Shown here: one piece after another, positions 39,251 through 51,983 of the stretch
Numbering within the stretch: the stretch's first letter is position 1
Layout of the letters: every line of letters starts with the position of its first letter
Made by a program: the position numbers and the translations under genes
The notes under the pieces: generated by a model
Database searches by the model: none
Told to the model about the DNA's origin: nothing
What the model saw: the letters and a program-made list of their open reading frames with translations, nothing else
NCBI GenBank assembly: GCA_965285935.1
Contig: OZ260661.1
Span: 112,096,001-112,160,000, forward strand
Length of the DNA: 64,000 nt
Reading direction: 5' to 3'
DNA from: Ophelia neglecta
Lineage: Eukaryota

Positions 39251-42200
39251 CAGTGAAACCTGCCTTAAAGACCACCTCCATAATCAGACCACCTGTCAGT
39301 CCAGACTGCCAATATGAGGATGTTGCTGTATATCTTCAATGTTGAAAAAAACCCTGTCCAAACGGACAACCTCCAAAATCAGACCAGTATTCTGAAGTCC
39401 TTTTGGTGGTCTTAATTTACAGGTTTCTCTGTATATATATTTAAATACAGATTTGGTGGTGAATCTAAAATCTTTAATGTATATATAAATATATATTTAC
39501 ATTAAGCTGTTTACTTTTGACAAGCACTCTATATAATATTATTCGACACTTGATGCATTAACATGTCATTGATAAAATGAATGTAAATGTCAATGGTATA
39601 ATTTGTTTATTTATTGAGTTTAGGATGATATCGGCCTTGGAGCTGTGGTTGGCTCTGCCGTGTTTAATGTGATGTTTGTCCCAGGAATTTGTGCCTTATT
39701 TGCTGGAATGGTAAGTCTTGAACATGGCTATGTCCCCCCTATCAACACCAATATCGTCCTAATCATACAACACCAGGTGTTAATTTTAAACTTTTTTGCA
39801 ACAATTCATAACCCAAAAATTTACATACTCAGAATAGGAAAAAAATAGTTGGGTTATTGCTTTAATCAAAGCATACCTACAAGACTTAGTATTGATGCTG
39901 TTCTCAGGGAAATTATAGCAATTATTTAAAATATCCTCACATATCAAGCTTCCCAGACATACATGTAAATACAGTACATGTATGTACATATATGTATGTA
40001 ACCTGCTAGTAAAAATGTCAAGCCGGGCCTGCATTGACACCAAATTGTACTATTTATACTTGGAATTGGGTCCCATGCCCTTCATTTCCCTTTTTATTTC
40101 ACATTCTATTGAAATGCACCCAGCCGTTGGATGCATATGGTCCACCATTTACTTCCATTCATTTGTTGCTGTGTACATAGTTCTGTCTATAATGGATGCT
40201 GATTTCAGACACATTTTCAATTCAAGCCTGGCCGAAACTAATTTTACTGGCTACCAAACTTTGATCATCACTAAAGAGCATAATTTCAAGTAATAGGTGT
40301 ACATGTTCATGTACATGGTTGTATTATAAAGTCACACAGTGCAAGTTTAATGGTCTTATTATTTATACAACAATGGCTGGCCGTAATGTTGGTGTTTTCA
40401 GGCCACCAAGTCAATGTGCCTAAATTGGATATACATGTTAGCATGTTATAAATGCCATCTACAATATTATAATTGTCAATATTAACAGTAAAGCTCTGTT
40501 TTCCTTTGTGCCTGTTTATGTAGATTTATTTGTGGTGTTTGAGGTGAAAGGAATAATTGTGACCAATGAATTGTCATTAGGTGAATTTCTCTCTCCCTCC
40601 CCCCCCCCCTTCCCCCTTCTCAAACCATCCTAACTTACTGCAAAACAATATTGGTAAAAGTGGTTTTTTTTCATTTATATCTGTAGACAGTATAATTGTT
40701 TTATAATTCCAGGTGATTTACTTAAGATGGTGGCCTCTTGTGCGAGATTCTTTGTTTTACACAATAAGCATTGTAGCTCTAGTGTTGATCATCATGGATG
40801 GCTCTATTACATGGTAAATACACCATCTATTATACACAATTGAACAAATCAAAATTTAATGAAACATTTATAGCTGGAGTTTCTGATGAAACCCTATCAG
40901 CTTGTAGAACAAACCAATGCACATTTTGCCCCCCTACTGTAAATAAGTGTTCTTCTAGAAGAATTTTTCTTTTTTTGCAGGTGGGAAGCAGTAATATTAT
41001 TAAGCCTGTATATAGTGTACATAGTTTTAATGATCTTCAATCCTAAGATTGAGAAATGGATGGAGGGGAAAAGCCCCTGCTGTGGTAGCAGTAAACAGCC
41101 AGCAGAGGAGGAAATGTTAACAGCCACTGCCCACGGCAACAATACTACTAACAGTGGAACATTCTCGGAAGAAGAAAGTAGTGATAATACTGCAGCAGGT
41201 CAGTTGAAATATGGCTCATTTTAAATAAATGATTTTGTGGGAACTCTTTGGTGCTTAAAATAAAGTGAGCATGTTAGAAAATTCACTTTATTTTGTTTTA
41301 GCAGTTTTAAAAATTGGTCTGCAAGATCCAGAATGTTAATAATAATGTTAACAATGCTTCAGAAGTTACCAGAATTATTGTAAATGTTATGAATATGGAG
41401 GTCATACCATGTTTTCAAGCAATTAATGGTCCCTTTGTCCTGATCTACACATTACAACATACACTCAAACATGTTTAAGATCACCAATGGTTTAGGATTT
41501 CAAATAATATCCCAAACCTGTGGAAGTATAAAAATGATATGTAAATAAAGGGGACTGGGTTATACATAAGTTGTGAAGATCACTGTATTCAAGGTTAGAT
41601 TATAGGTCACATTTATTGTGAGTACCAGTTACTGTAGGCATCATGGGCCAAATTAGACCTGTGATTGAAATATCATCGGTGTTGCGGCAGCTTATAGGAG
41701 ATAGTGCGAAGATCAGCTTTCTAAGCCTACTGGAAAGCATAACTTCTGCTTCTTATCCATTTCTCAAATGTTACCTTGCAAGGGTTCCATTTTAGTCAAA
41801 CCACTAAAAGCAATATTTCAGCTTTAGTTATAGGAGATAGAACCTAGAACCTAGATCAAAGTTGAAAGCATAAAGAAAGCACAGTTTGCGCATCTTATGG
41901 ACTTATCAAATTTGACCTTGAGTCCATTTCAAGGGCAAATTGCAAATTTCATGATTTTTGCTTTTGTTTTACCAGGTAGTGCCTACAACTACATTGGGTA
42001 TAAAAAAAAAGCCTAATTCAAGCATCTTATCTAGTTTTCAAATGTGAGAGTTGAATGAGCCACTTGTTATTGTCAGACTAGCCATTGGTTTGTATAGCAT
42101 TCAATGCTAGCTGGAGCTTCATGGTTCAGTTTGTGGGGCTATTTTAGTTACATGTGATGATGTGAATGAAACCAGTTACTAGCTTCCGCATGAGAATGAT

Positions 42201-45200
42201 TCCATGGGTATCTTGATGGGTATCCAAGAACAAACTGGCGTCATTATGATAGAATCCTTAAAAATCTACTCATTGATAGAAAATCTTCAAAAAGACTACC
42301 CCTCTGATAATTTAGCTTCTAAGTAATCTGGCCTTAAATTAATACAAGAATATTGGCATGTTTTAGTATTTACTTTAATTCTACTTTAATCAGCAAATCA
42401 TATAATGGATAAGTTCTATTGTATGTTATACCTATAAAAAATCAGTTAATATTGGCAGTTAACAAAGAAATAGGATTCATTGACTTCACTGAAAGCATTA
42501 GATAGGTTAGATAGATACAGACACAATTGAATATCAGGCTAAGAACCATAGACAGGGGACTGTAGAGCCAGCCACGAAAACATGGTAGGACCCAGTATTT
42601 TAAACATTGATTATAACAGTAAAAATGAAATTCAAAGGAATTGTATTAAATGTGCTTGTAAGTACTGTATATGTTCCATAACTTGTTGGTGATAGAATTG
42701 ACATGAACTCATATGATATAGAATGAATTAATGAATCATATATTTTAACCATTCTGTTAGTTGTCTATTTACCCTGTATAAATCTATTCTTATTATGATT
42801 ATTGAAGGGAGACAGATGGGTTTATATCCTAACTTGAACAGTAAAATTTATGACTACAGTGTTTGATCTGTATAGACTTTCTTTACCATGTCCTCTATAT
42901 TACCTGATTATGGGCTGATGGCTAATTCATTCAAAACTTCAGTGTGTAGTTTTTCTCCTTTCTAACTACTGACACATTTACTTGTGCTGTTGGTATCCGT
43001 TGGGTAGTCTCAGATGCATACTACTTTCATTCTTCTGACAATCATACATGCTGCTTCCTAACAGATATAGATGAAACTACTGAATTTGATATACTACTAC
43101 CCCAGCTCGGACAAATTCCCACTCAACTTAACAGACACATCATAAATGGTAAATGTTTTGCTGAGTATCAAAGGCTTTTAATTCTACAAATAATGTGTGA
43201 TAACAATTTCCTTTAGCAGAATAATTTTTTACAATTGACAGACTGCTAGTCAAATTTTCACGCTGAAAATAGTTTTCTTGCTTTTTACTACATAGTTGAA
43301 TGTTTTAGCAAGTACAGACAAGGTGATTTGTAGTCTATTAATATGGCAGCTTCTGACCAGTTTGCATGATAATGTATAAATACTTTTAGTTCAAAGCACA
43401 AGCCTATCCCAATAGTATCTAAGTTGATCCCCTCCCGTGTTTTTGTCAATGACCATTCAGTTTTGTACAAAATAGTTGGATATTCTTTTCTGTGCATGCC
43501 TTTGGCAGAATTGTGACTTCTGGTGAAATGTTCTTAGTTAATGGCTTCAAGTTTGATAGCTTATTTAATTTTGGTGTGTTACCATGTTTTTCTATTGAGT
43601 ATTTGTTATCAATGTTTACAGATAAAGCAGCAGCTACATTATTCTTTACATGACTACCGCCCAATGACTTGGGCAAGTTAAGAGTTTGCATTATAACTGA
43701 TCTCATGATACAATATTATGTGGTAGACTATTTGTAATGATGTAGGTGGCCTCTTGCTTTCAATACCAGTGATGTCACTGGTTTAGGCTGTGTTTCACTC
43801 TGCAACACTGCCTGAATGTTGTTATTAACTGCCACTATTATTCTGAGAGTACACTGACACAATTAACCATTGACACTTCACAAATCTCTGCAGTGTTGTA
43901 TGAAAAACAATAATTAAAATGTATCTGGAAGGTTAAAGGTGCAAATTGGTGTGATTTAAACCACAATTCAGTGCACTGCTAAGACAAAAGACTTGACCAT
44001 TTTGGTTGTCATTTAATCTCAGTGGTTGCTTTCGCCCAGAAGAATTATGGAATAATAGAGTTCATATTTTCCCACACAATGCAGATAAAGGATTAATGAC
44101 CTCATTGGAAGACCAGGGTCAGCATACATTGAGACATTACTAGTTACATGTTTAAACATTGCAAATGAAACTATGACTCCTGTTACGGATGGCAAGCAGT
44201 GATGTCATTGACCTCAGAATCAAAAGCCCAGAAACCTAAAAAAAGTTTTTTTTTGCTAATGTTATCGGAATTAACAAGTTGTACTTTTCCAAATGCCAGT
44301 TTATGGTATCTAAAATCATGGTCAATGATTTGTCAAGAACATGAATAAACTAAACACAATTTCATGCAAACCAACACAAAGTGTTCAGGTTGGTTGAAGT
44401 TAAGGCTCGTTTGGCATGTATCCATCAAATGTACATGTACAAGTATATCTAATACAAATACCTAAATCAAAAATGTTCCTGAAGCCCATGATGTGTATGG
44501 ATGATCAACATATCCCCATTGACATCTTTGTAGCCTCTGTCATTGACCTGACATATCATTAACTAATTCAATAATTGTGGCCAGAATTTCAATTGTTTTC
44601 ATAAGTAACTCCTTGGGTTATGGGCGTGCAAGACCTTGTGCACTATCTGGTAGTTGCAGTTGTAGTTTAAAAAGAACTTTTTGAAACAAGGTAAAAATAT
44701 ATATTGAGATTCATTGAAATACAAGTTCCATACAGGTACAAACAGTTAACAATACATGTATAAAAACAGTAAATAGGTCAATGAACTGAAGGTAAATTAT
44801 GTATTGAGGGTAATTTAAGTATTGAAGGTAAAGTTACGGAAGGTAAATCATGTACTGAAGGTAAATGCATGGAGTGCTTGCCTGTGTTGATGTTGTTGAT
44901 GTTGTTGTTGTTGTCCATGTTGACTAAGCGCTTTTAATATTTTCTGAAAGCAAACGATATAGAGACATGTGTTTGCTCACAGACGGGACCGTGCCTAATT
45001 TGATAATAATTCTAAATATGAAAACTTAGTAAAGATGATATTTCATTTTAGGTAGTGCAGTCGCAGAAGTGCAAGGTATACAAAATAATTTGATCAGGGT
45101 TTTAGCCAGTGGCATTTTTCAGTAACCCATGTATGTGAAAATGTTTGCAGGCTTATGATTTGGTGCAGGCCTACAGGGAAAAAAATCCATGTTGGTAGTT

Positions 45201-48200
45201 TGATTTTATACTTTCAAATGTTAATGTTAAACACCCTATCTAAACAGACCACCTCAAACATCAGACCAATATTCTCCAGCCCCTTTGGTGGTCTAAACTC
45301 ACAGGTTTCACTGTATTCTACAAAATTCTTCAAAATAATATGCTAGTGACAGGAGTGTTGACATAAAGTGGAGTACATTATAACAACTGTAGGGCAGTAA
45401 ACCAAATTACTATTCTTATCATTACTTTTCATTGCTGACTTTCCCATTTAAATACTATTTGAAGTTAAAACTTGCTTTGGCAAACTACAAGGCCTGTCAT
45501 GAAGGCCTACCCTTAAAACTTAGGCAAATGAATGACTCACGCATAAAATCACTTGCTATCAATAGTCTCGATGTACACCCTGAATAATGGTACACCTTTT
45601 TTATCCAACAGCTATCAAGAAAGTTCTTTAAACGTTTAGAATTTTAAATTGAATGAAATTTTAATTTGGACAGGTTTCATTGGCCACATTAGGTCAGTGC
45701 CATGTGCCAATGAACTGTATCCATTGCACCACAACATTTTCCCACTGACTTATTTACAACACAGCAGTTCATTATAACGTCTCTTGATATATTCACTTCA
45801 AACATGTACTTTTCAAATGAATACGTCTGCCCAATTGTTATACCAACCTATTCTGTACCTCAATTCAAAAAGCATTACAATGTGGGATCATACATTTTTA
45901 AGGTTAAAATAATCTTGTCCTCTTCACCATGCTACCTGTACATTTTGCAGGAAGTTCTGGTCGTTTATACACACTGGTTGTTTGGTTAATCCCCTACCTA
46001 TTTTGTCACACATCACTTGGCAATTGTTCCATACCTTTTTTTTGACTCTTTGCTCCATTGCTATCTGTTTCATATTAGTGCAGTGTCTCCCGCACATTCC
46101 ATCCTACTATTTTTACCCTAAACATGTACATGTGCTACCAGGAATATATTGCCACGATACATAGTAATAGACCCCACAATAGTTTTGGAGTTGGTATTTA
46201 TTATTCTGTCATTTTGTGTCATGATTATCAGCGCATGTACATGTATTCTTGTGAGTTTCTGTATGTATATATGTTTATCTACTTTGCTTTTCATGCCACA
46301 AATATTATGATTATAGCAGTTTACCTTGGCTATATCATAAAATGACAAAAACTTTTTTCTAGCTTTAATTGTCTAAGTGTATTATAGTTGTAATGCCTAA
46401 GTTTTTCTCTAAAGTAAACTATTTGGATTGAGAAACAAAGTGTTTCTGGTCGATATCCTTATCAAGAAAAAACAAATTCTCCATTTGTATGAAATGGCAA
46501 TTTTTTGCAGCACTGGACATATACCTAGTCTAACTCCACCAGCCTAAATGTATAATCCGCGAACTACCTATCATTTAGTCTGATAACACTGCCTGCAGCC
46601 AAGTGCCCCACTGAAATGGCCGGGAGATGGCGCAGCAAAGCCTAGCGTTTACGGTCAAAGCGAGGCTGTGAACTCTGACCTGCTGTGACCTAGATTGAGC
46701 ATTGCGTTCAGCAACCTTCGGGATTTCCCAGATCAGCTGTTTGATCCAACATGGCAGCTCATGTGTTCTCCGTGTTTATCGTGGTAGAATCAGGTGTTTC
46801 ATTAGCTTGTTATGCCTAGTAAATTTCATCTCACAATCAAAATGGAAGACGCTCTGCATCCTTTTCCGAAGATTGCTGAGGCCGATTCAAGTGCGAGCGT
46901 ACCGACAGCAATGTTGCTTGACACAGATAGCGTGGCCGCGTGTCCAATCACACCGCGCTGGGTGACCCAGTTTAGTGGACTGGCCGCTGATAGGCAGGAC
47001 ACGGATTCTGTGTCTGGAGGGCACTTGGCCAGAGGCAGTTTTACAAGACCCTAAGGCAGTACATCAGTATCTAAAAATACCGCGCGGAGGGGATGTGTGG
47101 CACAAGACTAGACATATACCCATACTTAAAAGTTGTGCAAACTATGAACAAATTTCTATTGAAAAAAGAGGTTCTTTTTTTCTTGTCATTTTATCATTTT
47201 CACCTGACCAGAACCAAGTTTGTAGTTTGTTATGTAACCTAACAGATCTTGTACACACTTCTTTCATTGTAAGAGAATTCCATTGCAGTTTAAAAACTGT
47301 GGCTGCAAAACAGCCCTTTTCAAGGGCAATGAAAAATGATTTGTATTTAATGTAGTCAGCACTTATATTTTATTACATTAAATAAAGGTTGTCTCTTGAA
47401 TAAGATTTTTCCAAACCATTTTGAACACTTTTTCATTTTTGGTGCTTTTTAACTTTATCCCATGTAGAAAAATTGACTTATGTTCACTTTCTTTGTAAAC
47501 ATCGATAAAATCGATAAAATCTTAACTAATGAAGTAACCTAAATAAACCTGTATATAAATGACACAGGCAAATGATTTATAACATGTTTTTTTACATGGC
47601 TTTGTATTTTTTAAAATTATGTTCACTTTTTTACTGCTATCTGGTACATTTGTTTATAAAAAAAAAGTCAAACAGACAATGATAATGTTTTGGAATTAAA
47701 ATCAATGAATTAATATAAAGCGAAAAATCGCTGGCCAGATTTTTAAGTGCCTGTGATTACTAGAAGTAAATCTAAAGACTGGCATATTATCAAGGCTGCC
47801 TCAGATTTTCCAGGAATATTATATTCTTATTTATTTTCTGTTGCAGTGAAGACACCTGAGGAGGACAAGGAAGATGATGAATCTCCCTTGACTTTTCCCA
47901 GCAGCTGGCACAAGCGAATTCTATGGGTCATCTCTTTGCCTCTCACAATTCTTTTCTTGTTTTCTGTTCCTGATTGTCGTAAGCCTGCTTGGAAGAAGTG
48001 GTATATTTTAACATTCTTCATGTCCATTATCTGGATTGGGGCCTGTTCATATTTAATGGTCTGGATGATCACAGTGATCGGTGAGTATAATTGGTTTTCT
48101 AACACAATATAAAATGAACTGAAGAAGAAAAATTTGACCAGTATAAGCTAACTAAAACACCTGGCAAATGTATTCAATGTGGATCCAATAAAACTGCAGC

Positions 48201-49283
48201 AAGATGCAATTTATCTATGCTCCAATCTAAAGTAAATTTATACACCTATTAGGGTTTGACTTCAAAGTGCCTGACACAGTTATGGGGATCACATTTATTG
48301 CGGCTGGCTCCAGTGTGCCAGATGCTATTGCCAGTCTCATTGTCTGCAGAGAAGGTATGCTTTCCTTTTAACTCATTGGCTTCTGCATTAATTCTGTATA
48401 ATGTACATTTTTGTTTGGCTTTTCATGATATTGTTAGCAGTTTATACGATTTTTTTACCTTGGGTGGGTGAAGGGAGGGAATTAACACCAACAAACTTCC
48501 CTCCACCTCCTTCACCCCAATTTGAAAAGGAATATTTTTAACAACCATAAAATCTTAAATTTCAATTCTGTTTCAATATCTAATTTTTTAATTTTTTTTT
48601 TATCTGAGTAAATTGAAAGGAAAAAACATTAAAATGTAACTTGGACTACAGCTATTTGGTTCTCGTTTTATTTAAATACAACCTATGTTATGTAGTTGAT
48701 TGGAATGTTTTCCATTGTAGGTTTGGGTGACATGGCCATATCCAATGCCATTGGGAGTAATGTGTTTGATATCCTTTTGTGCCTTGGACTCCCTTGGCTT
48801 CTGCAGACAACTATTGCTCAAAATGGCGAACCCATTCATGTTTTCAGTGGGGGTGAGAAAAATAATGCAATCTGATCAAACTTAGAAATTCTCGCCATGC
48901 ATCATTCTGAAAATTTTTTCAAGCAGCAATATATTTGCCTATGACCTGTAAAATAAGAATACCCTCATGCATGATATATGTAGTAAGTGAAATAATTTAT
49001 TCATTAATTATTGGATATAATGTTGTGTTTTGCCATGGGATGGTTCAGAAAAGTAAATAACATTTATTTCCCTTATTTTCTAGGTTTGACCTACTCGGCG
49101 CTGACGCTCCTCAGCACTGTCGTTCTGCTGGTATTGATCACCCACGTCAACAAGTGGCGTCTTACTAAGCCTTATGGCGTGATTCTCCTGATTATCTATG
49201 TTTTATTCAATGTTCTAGCGTCTCTCTATGAACTGAATGTCTTTGGGAAAGTGGACCCACCACAGTGTGATATGGTATATTAG
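13518..49283 (+). CDS. NCKX: Sodium/potassium/calcium exchanger (SLC24/NCKX family, Drosophila CG1090-like), 11 coding exons, ~584 aa
   Basis: Alpha-1 repeat [17 protein letters not shown]...GSAVFN; alpha-2 repeat [14 protein letters not shown]...[17 protein letters not shown], retaining the Asp linked to K+ dependence. Exon lengths 271+225+101+87+101+218+84+234+102+132+200 = 1755 nt, all GT-AG and phase-consistent. Confidence 0.95.
17008..17232 (+). CDS. NCKX: NCKX exon 2
   Basis: RHLL...[11 protein letters not shown]...[17 protein letters not shown]; tttcag/GTGAGT. Confidence 0.95.
20073..20130 (+). repeat. G-rich (GGGGT)n low-complexity tract
   Basis: ggggtggggggggggtggtggggtgggggggtgggg...; similar tracts at 9662-9698 and (C-rich) 52820-52935. 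Confidence 0.8.
21018..21203 (-). mobile_element. Tc1/mariner-pogo-type MITE, 'AAGACCACC' family
   Basis: TA|CAGTGAAACC...AAGACCACC ... GGTGGTCTT...GTTTCACTG|TA; interior is reversed relative to the 39251-39431 copy. Confidence 0.85.
22973..23152. mobile_element. Degenerate CAGT-ended MITE
   Basis: ta|cagttaaatc ... gattcactg; internal tgaccttaataggcaggt x2. Confidence 0.55.
23463..23618. mobile_element. MITE with TA TSD
   Basis: ta|ccatggaacccctcataaaaggcca ... tggtctttcatcaggggttccactg|ta. Confidence 0.7.
25854..26076 (+). repeat. 21-bp minisatellite, ~10 copies
   Basis: unit agggttaacaaccacagtgaa with variants. Confidence 0.9.
28216..28395. mobile_element. Tc1/mariner-pogo-type MITE ('AAGGGCACC' variant)
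   Basis: ta|cagtgaaacctgg...aggg ... ccct...ccaggtttcactg|ta. Confidence 0.8.
28946..29123 (+). mobile_element. MITE, 'AAGACCACC' family
   Basis: ta|cagtaaaacctgccttaaagaccacc ... ggtggtcttaattcacaggtttcactg. Confidence 0.85.
31125..31410 (+). mobile_element. MITE, 'AAGACCACC' family, interrupted by a ~110-bp insert
   Basis: ta|cggtaaaacttgcccttaagaccacc ... aacagaccacc...caggtttcact; the insert at 31217-31325 recurs at 32040-32152. Confidence 0.7.
39025..39125 (+). CDS. NCKX: NCKX exon 3 (alpha-1 repeat)
   Basis: [33 protein letters not shown]; ttttcacag/GTGGGA. Confidence 0.95.
39251..39431 (+). mobile_element. MITE, 'AAGACCACC' family, inserted in a (TA)n tract in NCKX intron 3
   Basis: ta|cagtgaaacctgccttaaagaccacc ... 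ggtggtcttaatttacaggtttctctg|ta. Confidence 0.85.
39624..39710 (+). CDS. NCKX: NCKX exon 4
   Basis: [29 protein letters not shown]; tttag/GTAAGT. Confidence 0.95.
40713..40813 (+). CDS. NCKX: NCKX exon 5
   Basis: [23 protein letters not shown]...; ttccag/GTAAAT. Confidence 0.95.
40981..41198 (+). CDS. NCKX: NCKX exon 6
   Basis: [24 protein letters not shown]... into the acidic loop; ttttgcag/GTCAGT. Confidence 0.9.
43065..43148 (+). CDS. NCKX: NCKX putative exon 7 (cytoplasmic loop, symmetric 84 nt)
   Basis: cttcctaacag/GTAAAT; open, phase 1-1 ([28 protein letters not shown]); no homology support. Confidence 0.5.
44785..44914 (+). repeat. Degenerate tgaaggtaaa minisatellite followed by (GTT)n
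   Basis: ~5 copies of (t)gaaggtaaa, then gttgatgttgttgatgttgttgttgttg. Confidence 0.65.
45195..45313 (+). mobile_element. MITE 'AAGACCACC' family, right half only
   Basis: ctaaacagaccacctcaaacatcagacca...ggtggtct...caggtttcactg|ta; left boundary approximate. Confidence 0.7.
46526..47110. mobile_element. Non-autonomous DNA transposon with TAGTCT...AGACTA ends and 10-bp TSD (AcademH-like)
   Basis: GACATATACC at both 46516-46525 and 47111-47120; short TIR TAGTCT; CpG-rich relative to the host intron. Confidence 0.8.
47847..48080 (+). CDS. NCKX: NCKX exon 8
   Basis: [39 protein letters not shown]; ttgcag/GTGAGT. Confidence 0.95.
48253..48354 (+). CDS. NCKX: NCKX exon 9 (alpha-2 repeat)
   Basis: [29 protein letters not shown]; attag/GTATGC. 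Confidence 0.95.
48721..48852 (+). CDS. NCKX: NCKX exon 10
   Basis: [26 protein letters not shown]; ttgtag/GTGAGA. Confidence 0.95.
49084..49283 (+). CDS. NCKX: NCKX exon 11 (last coding exon)
   Basis: [10 protein letters not shown]...[19 protein letters not shown]; acceptor ttttctag. Confidence 0.95.
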
Positions 49284-51983
49284 AAAATTAAGCCACATTT
49301 TTCTTATGATACTCAGCTGAATTTATTAATAGCAAAGTTGTGAACAGAAAATTAAAAGTCAATGAACCAAAGTATGCCCGCTAGTTAAAAGCTTCCTTTG
49401 TATATCTCCTCTGTTTGAGAAAAATTCATTGTTTGTTTCAAAATTAAATACTTATTTTTTTCTGATGGCAAATAATTTAGGGTTAATATTGGAGGTATTG
49501 GAGCAATAGGTGACCGCCATTTGTAATTTTCTGTTGGTGTCAGTATTTCAGCAAATATTTCACATGAGGGTGTTTTGAATGCAATTACAATATAAGATTA
49601 TGTACTTGCACAGTTTATGTCAACCTTCAGTGTTCCAATTTCCTGTTAAAATGGTCTTAAATTTACATGTGAAATACATTGAATAAGGATATAAACAAAA
49701 AGTCAGTGAATATACATTCATAAGTGAAATAAAATATTTTTACACAAAATATATGAAGGGACATATGCCATAATGCAGCAAAAAATATATGTTTGAATAT
49801 GATAGAAATTACTAAAACAAGACTCCTTCTGGACAAAACAATTTACATGACATCCACAAATATCTTTAGAGCATGTACATCATGCCTGATTTTGGCATTT
49901 TTGATGTGTAAGGAAAGGGCTTTGGATTTAAATAATACAGATAATGTACAATTTCTTATACATTCATTTTTGGTTTGAGGGATGAAATGTTAATTTTTGT
50001 ATGTAGGTATGTTACGAGGGAAGCAAAGGCATTCAGCTCAACTTGGAGGCTCACCTCGGGAGCTCACCCCATTCTCCTAGCCTTGAATTATGATGTCATC
50101 AAAAAGGTTGCCATCTTAAATTATTGCTAGGATATTTTTTTGAGGAGCACATCCAAAGTGTGGGAATTGTCCATAAACACCTTGTGCTCCAAATGATAGA
50201 TTAATTTATGATTATAATGCTCTACATACCTAAAATAAATAATAGAAATGAGGCATTTAATGTATTTTTTTTTGAATTAATCATAATATGTTTTTGAGTT
50301 CTTTAAAGATTGTGGTGATAATTTTACCTCATGGATTTTATATCTTAAATGCTCAGTGTACATGGTTACTGCATCATTTCTATTTTCTCAATGACTGACG
50401 GTCTTGTGTTTCACACCTGTGTATATGGTGAAACTACTTAGATTAGCTATTTTTCTTGTTTGTTATCATTTTAGATTGTAGAAATTTTGTATACTGTGTG
50501 TACCTTGTTATGAAATATAAAACTCCAAAGTTCATGCTGATTTCAAATTTTTGTTCCTGCCTTTAAGAAAACACAAAAAAAAATTCCCAAGGTGTTATGT
50601 ATTTTACCAATTTTATAGATAATTGGATCTTGATTTTATGAATGATTGACTCAAAGATAAATCTCCACACAGTTACAAAAACACTGTCTTTTTTAAACAG
50701 CTCCACAAAAAGTAAAAAACAGTTTCTTGTCAGCATCTGGAACTCATGTTTTTTTAAATTCATCTTACTTTTCTATTAGATCCTTCCATTTACAACTCTG
50801 ATACCAGTTAATAATCACACAGATGGTGACAGAAAAGAATGTCAACATGACATATTTGAATGTGGACTCAACACAAATACTTGTAGATGCCAAGAAGCAA
50901 TGTTACTGGACACCAAACCATGTTTTTATTGCTGGTCATTGTGAAAGTATACATGAATAGGCCAGTCCAGTACCCGGAGTAGTAGCCTTAAATTGTCCCG
51001 ACTCGAGCTGGCTCCAATTAAGTGGTTATGTAGATAACTCAGGAAAACAGATCCAGTTTTTTTCTTCGTCTTTTTGTACTAACTGTTACTACTTTACTTT
51101 TTTGTTTCCATGTTCAATTTTATGATCTATATTACAGATGGTGGTGGCCTATAGTGAACCCCACCCACTTGACAAACACTAAGTAATTAACTGTCACTTG
51201 AAAATAATAAAAGTTCATATTCTCTGAAGCCGTCTTCCTTGTTGTAACTAAATCCTGTGTGCAAGTCTTAGTGAAGTGGAATTATGGTTTCTTTTTGTTT
51301 CGATGATGCATATCAAACTTGTATTTCTTTAATTAAAAGAGTGAATCATTTTAATTTCTGAACTGAAATAATGTCAAACCGATCAAAATAGATGTCCAAA
51401 TTACAGTCGAATCTGTGAATAAAGGGCACTGATCAGACCGAATATATTTGCCCTTAATTTGTAGATGCCCTGAATTTCAAGACTCCCCCTTTTTCAACTT
51501 AATTATTTGTCAATCAACCAGTTTGTCGTTAGTACACATACTCGCAAAGAGTGCGACCTCCTGTGAAGTGAAATTGTAAGTCTGCTTTATATAAACAAAA
51601 ACTAACATTTTATCTCGGAAAAAAACGAATCACAGGTTAATATATTGTAACCATTCATACAATCACTCTGGGATACAAGAAACCAGATATAGATTCTTAT
51701 ATCCCAGAATCACTCAAGCTGCAGACTGTTACACTACATGTTACTCTACACAATAACGCTGCGTTACGAACACATTTCTGGATGCATCGTTTAAAGGAAA
51801 AAATCGTCTGAACAAGTCTTATATTTCTATTGAAATTTTAGGTGTAACTGGCATAATTAGATATAGTGTTATGTTTTTTGGCAGAACAAACATCTAATAT
51901 TGAAATAAAATTCCTTTAGAGGCGAAAACAATCATTTTGAATTAGACGTTGGCAAATGCATCAAGTAGATTGGGTTTTGTTGA

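Noticed and set aside
46702-47355. Overlapping ORFs as NCKX exons or a transposase
   Set aside because: Mostly inside a non-autonomous insertion; no motifs and no phase-consistent splice sites found.
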